A model generated the notes under the pieces. It was not told the origin of the DNA. It saw nothing but the letters and a program-made list of their open reading frames with translations, and did not search any database. A DNA stretch of 64,000 bases from Aplysia californica (Eukaryota): positions 1,021,581-1,085,580 of the forward strand of contig NW_004797283.1 in the NCBI RefSeq assembly GCF_000002075.1, in the 5' to 3' direction. Within the stretch, counting starts at the first letter, position 1; each line of letters starts with the position of its first letter. Both the position numbers and the translations under genes were made by a program. Positions 41,224-53,200 of the stretch are shown here, one piece after another.

Positions 41224-44200
41224 GTTGTTGTAATTTGTAATTTAGAAGAGCAGGAAGTTAATGCATATTCCCAATCAGGTACAGGCTGTCAGTGCCTATG
41301 TGGTGCAGTCCTCCGTTGACAAAGGAGTTTTTAACAATGTTGTTGTTGTTGTTGTTGTTATCGATCCAGCAACAGCTGGGCTCTCGCCCTTCTGTCCAAT
41401 GCCATGTAGTGATAAGTGCAGGTCTGCTGCAGTTGCTGTAATGTTCCATAGAGTGTGTTGTCTATGTTAGGTCTCGGAGGGAGAAGGGTAGCTCTGATGT
41501 CATTTAGGGCTGTGCAGTGGAACAGGTGATGCTCCACAGTCTCATATGCATAGTCACACAAGGGACACATTGGGGGAAGTTCCGGGTTTATTCTGTTCAG
41601 GTGGAAGTTGAGCTGTATATGTTCTGTTCGTAGGCGGAAGATCGTGGTCTGTTTCTTTCTCTGAAGGCGTTTGATATTGTCATTCCTTTTTGTTGTAGTC
41701 ATATGTCTGAAAACTGCTCTGCCTGTCTTTCCCAGGGCCCATCTGTTCATCCAATCTTGTTTGTTGTTGCTTTTGATGATTTGTTTTGCAGTGTTGTATG
41801 AAGTTGGAGTGTTGGGTTGTTCCTGTCTAGATCCCCATTTGGCGAGTGTGTCTGCTCTGTCATTTCCAGGTATGTCTGAGTGTCCGGGAACCCACTGCAT
41901 TACTAGGTTGATGCCACAGAATGTTATCAGATGATGGGATCCAAACAGTATATGGGTCAAATCTTGGTTTAGATAATGGTCATTTTCTATGGCTTGTAAT
42001 ACTGATAGTGAGTCAGTGAAAATCACAATACTCTGTGCTTTTCCAGGATGAGTGTCAAAAACTGTGCGGAGATGGTACAGCGCTGTTTCAATTGCCATCA
42101 TTTCTGCATCGTAGTTGCTGCATTTCTCTCCGCAGGCTGCAGAGATCTCATTGGAACTTCCATCTGGGTACTGTATTAGTATTCCATATCCGGCCTTGGT
42201 TGTGCCTTTGAATGCTGAGCCGTCCGTATAGACGTGTATCCAGTCATCTGAATAGCTGTCGATTGTTTGATGTGATGCAAGCATCAGCGTCACTGGGTCT
42301 GAAGATTTTGTGCTCTTGTCTTTGAGAGATGTTGTAATGATTGGCTTTTTTAAAGAAAGGTGGGGAGGGATGTTTTGGTTGACTCTTTTGGTTTCTTTTC
42401 TGTTTTGTGGTAGATGGTGACTCTCCATTAGTTCTGTGATGTGATGCATGATTGACTTTTGTTGAATTCGTTTCTTTGGTTTCCATGTTTCTACTAATTT
42501 CCTGTTTGGGTGGTTGAGGCACATTCTTTTAGTTCTTTCATGTAGCTCCAAAACTGCTCTATCTCTGCGGATTCCCAGGGGTTCAACATTTGCAAGGATT
42601 TCGCACGCAGCGGTAGGTGTGGATCTCATGCCGCCATTTATAAAACGAAGGGCATTGTTTTGGACCTTGTCAAGGGTGTTGCAAGTAGTTGTACTGCACA
42701 TTGTGAGTAGGCTATTGCTGTATTCCAGGGAAGATCGGACATAACCCAGGTATAGAGCTCTCAGAGTTTGTTTGTCTGATCCCCATGAACTGCTTGCGAG
42801 TTTCTTTAAAAGTTGGAGTCTTTTTTTAGCCTTGTTCCTTATGTTCTCCACTTGGCTTTTCATGGTTAGCCTATGGTCAAGTTTGATTCCTAGGTAAGTT
42901 GGATGTTCTTCTTTGGGGAGACTTTCATTTCCTATCTTTAGTTTGAGATTTTCTTTGGCTGCTTTATGGCTCTTCGTGAAGATGGTGTATACTGTTTTCG
43001 TGCAGTTTATTTTAAGTTTCCATTTCTGACAGTAATTATGGAGCCTCTTGAGGTCTTCATTTAATTTCCCTGCTCCTACTATCGTGCTGTGATGTGTCTG
43101 CCAGAGAGCAAGATCATCGGCATAAAGCGTCTTTTCTGATTTCAGCACGTTCGTTACATCATTAAAGAAGATCAGGAACAAAGTGCAACTCAGACAGGAA
43201 CCTTGAGGTAGGCCTTCCTCGAGTACTTCTCTTGACGAGTGGGCATTGTTTACCTTGGTTTCAATGTTTCGATCCGACAGAAAGAACTTGATCCATTTGT
43301 AAAGTTTGCCATGTATCCCGAGGTCCATCAATTTCATGAGTAGGCCTTTTCTCCACACTCTGTCGTACGCCTGTTGGAGATCTACAAAGATGGCGACGGT
43401 GTGTTTACTCTCCTGAAATCCATCCTGGATGTTTTGACTCAGTTTAAAAAGTTGATCTTCTGTGTTGCTGCCTTTTCTGAAGCCTGCTTGGTGTGGGTTT
43501 AAGCTGTTAGTATTTTCCAGGTACCAGTAGAGGCGGTTGTTTATCATTCTTTCCGCAAGCTTACCGATACATGATGTTAATGAGATGGGTCGGTAGCTTT
43601 TCGCTTCTCCAGGTGGTTTTCCATTTTTCAGGAGTGGTGTAATCTGGGCGATCCTCCATGCCTTTGGTATTCCACTCGTTCTCCACGTGGTGTTTATCAG
43701 GGAAAGGAGAACTTCTTTTCCTTTAGCACCAAGGTGGCACAGCATTTCGTTGTGTATTTTATCTGGTCCTGGGGCTTTCTTTTCCCTTAGCTTTTTGAGG
43801 GCCTGACTGAGTCCCACCATGCTATAATCCTCTTCAAAAAGCGAGTTGTTCACAGTAGGAGCTTTTTCTTTATGCTTAGCCCTATTTATGAGAAGTCTAT
43901 CAGCCTCGATTAGTCTGCCTGCCCTGTTTACAGAGGCGAAAAAACGGTTGAAATGTTCGGCTTTCTTCTGGTCTTCAGTGATGGTGCTGCCTGAAAGGAA
44001 AAAGGGTTTGGGGTTGCTTTTTTGTCTTTCTCCCGAGAGGTTGCTGACAAGGGACCAAGCCTTTGTTCCATTGTGGCAGAGGTCGAGATCTTTGCAGGTT
44101 TGAGTCCATTTCTCTTTTTTGGGTTTTTTTACTGTCACTTTCACCTGAGCGCAGGTTTTGTTGTAGTGTATTTTGTTTATTGTTGATGGTGATTTTTCCA

Positions 44201-47200
44201 ATGACTGTCTGGCTTTCTCTCTTTCTGCCACAGCAGTTTGGATTTCTTCACTCCAAAAGGGTTTGAAATTTCTTCGGCATCCCCGTGGAATGTGCTGAGA
44301 TGCAGCTTTCAGAATATTTTCGGTGACCTGTTCATTAAAAAGATCAGCATCTTCTGTTTCTTCTATGCTGGAGAGCAATTCGTCTGAGGTCTTTTCGTAT
44401 TCTGCCCAGTTGGCTTTCTTAAAGTTCCATCGAGTTCTCCGAGGGTGGTTCAATGCAGGTGGGGAGGTGATCTGTATAAAGATAGGCCTGTGATCACTTC
44501 CTATGTCATCAATCACTTCGATGCGACAGGAGTTTTTAATGTCGGATGAGCAGATGGTGAGATCAGGCCGGCTGAGAGTCAAGTGGGCTATGTGAAGTAA
44601 GGTAGGAGTTGAGTTGACATCTTGTAATACAGATAGGTTGCTGGTTTCGCACAGCTCCTCAATCTTTCGGCCTGTGCCGTTATAGTTGACGTAGCCACAT
44701 TCTGGAGAGTGACCATTGAAGTCACCCGCACAAATGGTTTTTTCGTAGCTGGCTGCTTGCAGATCAGACAAGTCGCATGTTGTCTGTGGGGGGCTGTAAA
44801 CATTATAAAGTGTGTACTTCCTACCAATGTGCCATATGGTGGCCTTCTGGATATCTGTCGGTTGGGCAGATGATAAGTGTACAACATCTCCCAGTACATC
44901 GTTTCGCAGGTAAGTGACTACACCGCGGCATCCTGTGCATGTGCAGGCATAACTGGTGTATCTTGTGAGGTTCAGGTCCGTACCTTTGTGTAGGGTTTCT
45001 TGAAGGAGGGCAACATGAATCTGTCTGTCCTTCAGTACTTTGAGGAGTTCTGTTTTCTTGTTCCTCAAACCACAGATGTTGAGTTGCAAGAGGTTGAGGG
45101 AACTCTTCTTCTGGTTGGGGATGTAGTTTGCTCCCTTCTCACGCCGAGAGATTTTCGGTGCTGGTTTAGCACTGTTTCTGTGTGTATCACCAGTAGCTGA
45201 CTTGTCGCTCAGAGCAGCCTGATGATTGCGCTGCCTGGCGCGGACCTTGTTTAACGAGGCGACGCCCGAGCTCGCATGTAATTTATTTCTTTGTGTCATG
45301 GCATTGTGGAGTGGGGTGTTTGTGGACTGTCTGCCCACCCTGAAAAGGGGCCATTCATGTTGAGGATAGGAGGGTACTAAGAGTTTTCAAGAGACTGGAA
45401 AGACCTAACTGCCCTGTGACCGTGTAATTCCGGTAGGGTTCACGTTGCCCATTCCCCGCCACCAATGGCTACTGGCTAAGGTTTTCGACTCTTTCATGAG
45501 GTATTGGCCAAGTGGGGAAGCCATTGGATCGTCACGTCCTGGGTCGTTGTGCCTTTACTAAGAGGTTTCACGGCCAGAAAGCAAGTCAGGCATTCTGCTC
45601 GGTCCATCCCCTGCACCCAGACACTCTCAAACTGGCTGGTACCTTCTCAACCACAGAGGGTGTGTTGATAAAAGTAGTAGAGGTGTTAGGCAGATTAGAC
45701 ACCCACTCAAGGGAGAGTAGGAGCGTGTTAGTGAGGAGCATAGCGTCTACCACGCATCGGTGGGTTCTGCCTCCTGCACCTTGTGGGGCCACACCTGCTC
45801 CCATCCTGTTGTTTTAACCCCTCTAGGAAACGGGGGGGTTGGTTTGTTGGCGCCAACAACTCGCCATTCGCCAGAGCCGTGTCAGTGAGGACAGGGACCA
45901 CCAGGGGCAGGTACGGTTGGCTGGATTGGGAGAAGCTGTTTGAGACGCTTAGGCATTTCTCAATATTTAAATGAGACCCATCACCAGTCCTTGATCCCCA
46001 ATGTCACATCACCGTGGAATCAGTATGACTATAAGCAAGGGACAGGGAACTATGTTCTCATCTACTTCCCTCAAATACATTTCTGTTATTTAGTATATCT
46101 TTTCTGCACTCTTGAGGATCATAGTGGAACAGTCCCTGGAGTGGAACTCCCAGTTGATCATCAACTTTCTTGACTATGAGAAGGCCTTTGACAGCATGGA
46201 CCGAGCTGCACTGTGGAAGATACTGAGACATCATGGAATCCCACAGAAGTTGGTTAACCTCATCAGGAGCATGTGCGAAGGGACAAGTTGCAAGGTTATA
46301 CATGATGGCCAGCTCACTGACAGCTTTGACATCAAGACCGGTTTGAGACAGGGATGTTTACTATCACCGTTCCTCTTTGTCTTGGCAATTGACTGGCTAA
46401 TGAAGGAAACCACCAGAGGACACAGAAACGATATACAGTGGACCTCATGCACACAGTTGGACAATCTGGACTTTGCAGATGACTTGGCGCTTCTGTCACA
46501 CACTCAGGAACAGATGCAAGCAAAGACAACAATTTTAAACAGCCTATCAGAGTCTGTTGGATTGAGGATCCACCTGGAAAGTCAAAAGTCCTAAGGATAG
46601 ATGCACTACAAAAGGAGCAGGTCATAGTACAAGGAAATGCACTAGAAGACGTCGAATCCTTCTGCTATCTTGGGAGTATAATTGACAGAGAGGGAGGAAC
46701 AGGCGCTGAAATAAAGTCCCGCATTGGAAAGGCACAGACTGCATTTATTTCTTTGAACAGGATTTGGAGGACCAGGGATATCTCACTACGAACAAAGCTT
46801 AGAATTTTCAACTCAAATATGAAGTCAGTCTTGTTGTATGGATGTGAGACATGGAACGCATCCCAGACATGCATAAAGAGGATCCAGGTTTTCTTAAACA
46901 AGTGTCTGAGGAAGCTACTGAGAATCAAATGGACAGACAGGATCACCAATGAGGAAGTATTAAGAAGAACAAGACAGAGGCCTGTCGGAGATGAGGTGGA
47001 AAGAAGACATTGGCAATGGATTGGACACACTTTCAGGAAGTCAAGCAGCTGCGTGACAAGGAAATGAAAGTGTTAGATTGGAACCCTCAGGGCAAAAGCT
47101 CAAGGGGAAGACCACATGGAACCTGGAAAAAAGTCGCGGAAATGGATGTACAGAAAAGTGGGAAGATGTGGAGTGACATCAAGCGACTAGCCCAGGATAG

Positions 47201-50200
47201 TGAAAGGTGAAAAGTGTTTGATCGGGGCCTATATCCTGATCCAGGGGGAGAGAGGCAATGATGATGATGATGATGAATGGATGAAAGTAATTTCTTCACA
47301 TAGAGGTTATAGAATATACAACTAACCTGAAAGCAGTAATTATAAACTGTTTTTGTTAATATATCTGTAAAACTGACTTTTTCTTGACAGTTTATTGAAC
47401 TTTTTTTTCTAGGAAGGAAGGGTTCTGTATAATTTTGAGCCAAAAATACTTTTCTGCAAGAGGAGATGATGTTACATTTGATATGATAAGCATAATAAGT
47501 AAATTTAGAATCTTTTTCATATGTTTTCTTTTTAATACAGGGGAAAAGATGAGTAGGTATTAAGTGAAACTTTGTTGAAAAGAGGGCTTATGTCTTTTTA
47601 GTTTTTGTAAGAGTTTTACAGCACTTACAATACAACAAGGTCATACTAGTGCTGAAGATTAGATGTGTTACAAGAGAGTAACAAACACAAAAAAGGAGGA
47701 GTGAGAAAGACAATTGATGTTTGATAGGAAAGAAGGAGCAAACCACACCAGAGCACCCTCCAACCACCCTCAAGCTTATGTATAGAATTAATAGTTTTGC
47801 ATAAAATAGATTTTTGGGTGGATTAGTGGATGAAAGTTTTGTTTCCACTTGGGTGAGTACATTCTGTCTGTATTGTTTAGTAGGATACTGAAGAGCAGTC
47901 ATGACAGAGACAGCATTCAAATGTCTTAAAGGCTGTTCCTTATTTGCTTCTCATGCATTCATTGATATATGAATTTTCACTTGATTTGTTTCTAAGCAGA
48001 ACTGAATGTACCCTAACCAAGAATTACTAAGTTCTATCTGCTCAGTACCTAGTTTTGAGAAATTTGACTTTGAAAATTTCGAGTTTCACGACATGTCAAG
48101 CTTTTTCGTGTGCAATTCTTTGAATATCTTGATAATGACTCTGAATAATCTTACAATTTTGATAGAGCAGAAAGAACGTTTGGTTTCTGACCTCATGATC
48201 TTAATAACTCAAAACGGCCAATAATGTCAGATAGAACTTTGTAATTCTAGAATTGCGTACACTCCTAGTGCTAATCAAAAGGGAGACATCTTCTTCAAGA
48301 CTTTGGGTTTGTTTTTTTAGGGCGCTGTCGACAGTTCAATGGAGTGTCTGTGTTGATGGCAATGCCTGAAGATAGACCGCGGGACTACTTGAACAGAGAA
48401 AAGGCTGTCTTGATGAACAATGCCTTAAAAGACATAGGGCAAAAAAGACAAGAATTTGAGAGGAAGGTGAAGCAGTTCATTGAAATGGAGCTGGAACCTG
48501 ATATAAAGGCTTTGAGCAGCACAAGCGATGTGACTCAAGTACCTGAAAGAATTCTTGAGTTTGTAAGCTCCTTTTCTGCTTCTAATTTTGTGTTTTTCAC
48601 CTTCTCCTCTTACTATTCTTACTACCTGTCCTTCTCCATCTCTCCTCTTTCTTCTTATTTTCACTTTTTCTGCTTTCTTGTGCTACTTCCTACTTGAACC
48701 TCTTCTGCATTCCCTTGCATAGTCTCAGGTGTTGATAGCTCTGTTTTAGTAAGCGTTTTCTGACACTTTTAACACAATGTGGTCATATACAGTGGAACTT
48801 GGATTCAGTGAAAGCTTGGATTCAACGAAAGGAGATGGATTCCTCCTTTGTATTTATGCATTAAAATCAATGAAAATAACTTGGGATTCAATGAACAAAT
48901 AGAATCTATAAGTGAACAAGCTCGGATTCAACAAAGTCGCTTGCAAGGGGAATAGCCCCGCTGATGAGGCTTCGCTCATTTTTCTCTCGCAACAAACTCG
49001 ATCCTGGAAACCATCCATGGTGTCTGCATCATGAACCATTATTCACTTATCGTATTGTTTATATCTTGTGTGACCAAACAGCGGNNNNNNNNNNNNNNNN
49101 NNNNNNNNNNNNNNNNNNNNNNNNNNNNNNNNNNNNNNNNNNNNNNNNNNNNNNNNNNNNNNNNNNNNNNNNNNNNNNNNNNNNNNNNNNNNNNNNNNNN
49201 NNNNNNNNNNNNNNNNNNNNNNNNNNNNNNNNNNNNNNNNNNAGGGGAGGGGGCGCAAGCGGTTCTGGCGTGGAAGGTCAGTAATCAATCAGTAGAGATG
49301 CAAATGCATCACAGTACTCGCAGTCATTTTTCCCCCAGGCTACTGATCAATATTACAGTGATAAGCTAGTCCCTTGACATAGAATCTAGATCTACATAAT
49401 GAATTGTGCACTGGTCTGTGGACTCAAAGATTGCTGTGCGCAAGGCTCTACACAGCAACGCAATTTGTTCAGCAAATAATACGTTATAGATGACAGATGA
49501 CACATGTGTGCTTTGGAACTAATTGGACCTTTGGCACAGCATTTGCTTATTAAATTAGAGTTCAGTGTATTTTCCTAGAGTTTTCCAGCATTTCTTCGGT
49601 CTGACATCGAAGAAACAAAAATGCCTCTCATTTGACACCAAACTGATTTTGACCAAGGAAGTTAACTATATATACCCAGCAGCCTTAGAGACTTTCCACT
49701 TTGTTTTTTGTAACTGCGCCCTTGTTCACGTGAGTTAGTGAGTAAAATTTTGCACATCACTCATCGTGTATCCAACGATTACTCCTTACGGATCTTTTTC
49801 TTGAACAAAAATTTAACCATGTGGTCACGTAGCCCACATGTGAATTAACATGTTTTGTGACTCATGTTCCGACAAAATTATGAAATCATCTAAATTGTGT
49901 TTAGATCAACACATTAGCAATTTTAGAACCAGAAAAGCAAATTACATACACATTCAAGCTGGTTTGTGTTGACTTAAATTGCTGTACAAACTGCCAAGGT
50001 TAAGCCCCGAGGAGCGCTGTTGGGTAATTTGAGTACGCCAAGCTATACTATCAGCCCGCAGAGTGGTGTGGATGCTTCATTGCTCCCATCCTACCATCAA
50101 TATACTTCTGAAAGATAATTTCCAAGTCACTGTAGTTTCACCTGACAGACCCAGACCAGGCAGACCACAGGTTGATACTGCCCAAGAAGACAGGTTGATA

Positions 50201-53200
50201 CTGCACTGGCATCTTCGAGATGGCTCTCTCACAACAACCAGCTCTGGACATCAATTTCATACAGACATTGTGAGTGCCGTAAAACTCTTACGAAAAAAAG
50301 ACTTTGGAAGAGTTAACTGCGAAAGAAGGATACAACAGCGTTAGAACACATTCAGACATCGAGTAAGGGGGCCCTATAATGACCAACGTTTGCCATCTTT
50401 CCAAGAATTACGCCTAAATTGACTGGGCAAATCGTTACATTCGTGAGGGATGCAGTTCTCTTCTCGGAGAGTTTCAAGCCATAAAGTTAAAGAGAGAGAG
50501 ACCAGCGGATTGCTGCATGCATGAAATAGACAGATGGGGTGGTGGTAGTGTGATGATGTGGGACTGAATATCTTCCAACCACAGAACCTAGCCACACATT
50601 TTCAACCTTACGGTCGATGCCAACGAGTACCAGAATGTTCTCCTGATGTACTTGGTTCCCTTCTTTCAAACCCATAGACGTATGTACACATTTCAGCAAG
50701 ACAATGCACGCTCACACAGTGCATGTGTAAAGGTGCAAATATAATATACAGCAGTAAAATGTGAATGTTTTGCCATTGCTGGCGTACTCACAACACGAGT
50801 CACCCTGTGGGCCTAAAAGTGAGCTCCCAAAACAACATTAACATTGTACAATGGCTCGGACAAGCATTGATTCAAGAATGGAATGGACTGCCACAACCAT
50901 CAATTTAAAAAAGAAGAAAAAACTGACTCGATCTATTCACAGAACTTACCAAGCTTTCATCATTGCAAGGGGCGACAGTAGGCCTACCTGCTACTGATGT
51001 GAAATTTTGAAATCAAGGGGTACCAGTTTATGCTTAATACTGTGCCATCATATGAGACATGATCAAGAAACAAAAGGTAATACACTTCTTGACATACTTT
51101 GAACTATGTCTGTGTCGATTTTTGTTTTTATAAGTTGAATAGTAAGCACAATACAGGCTTCTCTCCAAATGGAAAGTTTGTATTGCCGCTGTGTATTCTA
51201 TACATTAATTGTTCAATGCCTGTAATTATCTACACAAAAACCTCATGTTTGCCACAACAAACATTCGTATTTTATGAAATTGAATTTCAGGCCCGGCGAC
51301 TTCGTTGAATCCAAGTTCCATTGTATGTGCCAAAGACTAGAGATGTTACAAGAGGGTAACAAAAACAAAGGAGTATAGATAAGGACTCTATGGATGTTTG
51401 ATAGGAAAGGAGGCACAAACCACACCAGAGCACCCACCAACCATCCAGGTTGATACCCACCTTTGATGTTTTCAACGTCTTGTGACAATCTTTTTTTTCT
51501 TCTTGTTAATATGTTGGTAAGGAGGAGAAGGATAAATTTTAGAGAATAGATAGTTTTGTCTTGTCTTTAGTTAGAAGTACAGGTTGACTCTCAGTAGAAA
51601 ACTTACAAAGAGTATTAGATCCACTAGGTGACAATCATTTAGTGATGATATTATTATACAGCCTTACAAAGAGCAGTACACCCACTTAATAGGAGTTTTC
51701 AACTTCATTTTGTGTTTCAGAAGTGCAAAATCTGCCACCGACTTGCAGTCAAGAGCTGTGATCTCAGATTGATTCACAAGATGCACAGAGTTGTAGTAAA
51801 TGGGTAAGATGGTATAATTGTCCTTTCAAGTGAAATAACAACAGAAAAATACTTTCTCAAGGTTTCCTCATAGCATAGGCATCATGCAGTAGATAGAATA
51901 ATTAATCATAATACTGAAATAGATCATTTCTTGTGACCTCAGGCTGTGCAATATTGTTCTGGATTTTTTAAAAATAGTTTTATAAAAAATACTGCACTCG
52001 CATCTCATATAATCAATGCAGTGGTAGTGATGTTGAAGGAAAATGGTTTAGGACTTCATCAAATGTACAGTGTTTAAGCAGAATTTTAAACTGGAAGTGT
52101 TTGAAACAGGGGTACAATTTTCTGTGGTTAATTGGTTATATTCTAGGAACTTGACGTCTGTTCAGGTCACATATGGAAAAGGGCTTTTTGCATAGATGTG
52201 GGGGGGGTTTCCCCAGTTTAAGGTAAAGATGTCATTTTTGCTAATTGGTCTTTTTTTTTATCTTGCGTTTTTGCCTAATGACTTGGGTTCTAAAGCATTC
52301 AGTGCACAGGGTACCAAAGCAAAAATAGTATCTGAACAATTTTGTTTCCACTCTTTGTCTCTCCTGAGAAAAGCAGAGTAAAACAGTGAAGGAATATTTT
52401 AGACTGCCTTTCCATATTTCATAAACCGAAATTCACAGGAAAAATTATTCTAGATGATGACAAAATAGTCTGTTACATGTATTGCATGGACAGTGTCTTA
52501 ACTCTTTTTATCCGGGCTACGAGTATACTGGTAACAAGGACTAGACCGGGCTTCGAGTAAACTGCTTGTGATTACCAAAATATACAAATATGGTGATGCT
52601 CTGTCTGAATATTTCAGTTTTCCAGTGAACAGTGGTTTCTATGTTTTTGATGGGCGTAGAAGCTAGAAAAATGTCTCTAAAACGCACTTTCAAGACCGTC
52701 GAAGTACTTCAAGAAGTGGTGCTGTGTTATGAGGGGGGAATTAGACTAATTCAATGAAAGTGACTCTGAATCAAGTGCCGTAAATTCCGTTGTGGATGAT
52801 AATGAACAGGAATTAGACTCATCTAATAGTGATTCAGATCATGGTGAAGGGGTCAGTACTGGAATTTGTGCAGTACCGATGGGTAGGGGTAGATTTGTAA
52901 ATCAAGGGGACTTCGTGGGCATGGCAATCAGGGTCAAATTGGAAGGTGGAATACACCGCAAAGTCTACATGTGCAATTGGTGTAATTCCTAACCACATAC
53001 ATTTTGTTGTTGTTGTTGTTGTTGTTAGCGATCCAGTAGCATCTGAGCGTTAACTCTTCTGCATGATGCCATTCGGTAATAGTTGCATGTTTGTTCTAAT
53101 TGTTGTCTTGAGGAGTAGAGGCAATTTGATGTGTGGGATAGCTTGTGAAGAAAACATCCCCTTTAATCAGTTAGTTTTCTACAGAAGAACAGATGATGTT

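Larger units (their letters stand above)
41339..45949 (-). mobile_element. Apparently full-length Ingi-like (I group) non-LTR retrotransposon, about 4.6 kb, with (CAA)n tail
   Basis: Single EN-RT-RNaseH ORF whose stop runs directly into (CAA)n. The 5' end is inferred from the ribozyme P1 strand and gives almost the same length as the TSD-bounded relative at 53006-57647. No TSD found. Confidence 0.88.

Noticed and set aside
41671-45200. Short + strand and alternative-frame ORFs overlapping the LINE
   Set aside because: Shadow ORFs of the long RT frame with no recognisable motifs.
45339-45690. 2A-like peptide or ORF1 upstream of the LINE ORF
   Set aside because: No DxExNPGP seen; there is an in-frame TGA at 45389-45387 and no convincing upstream ORF.
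41320-45970. TSD for the intact LINE (AGGAGTTTTTAACAAT versus AGGCATTTCTCAAT)
   Set aside because: Too many mismatches for an element with an intact ORF.
17995-48562. Helicase as Dicer or FANCM
   Set aside because: It is followed by pincer helices and a C4 Zn RLR CTD. No DUF283, PAZ, RNase III or FANCM features are seen.
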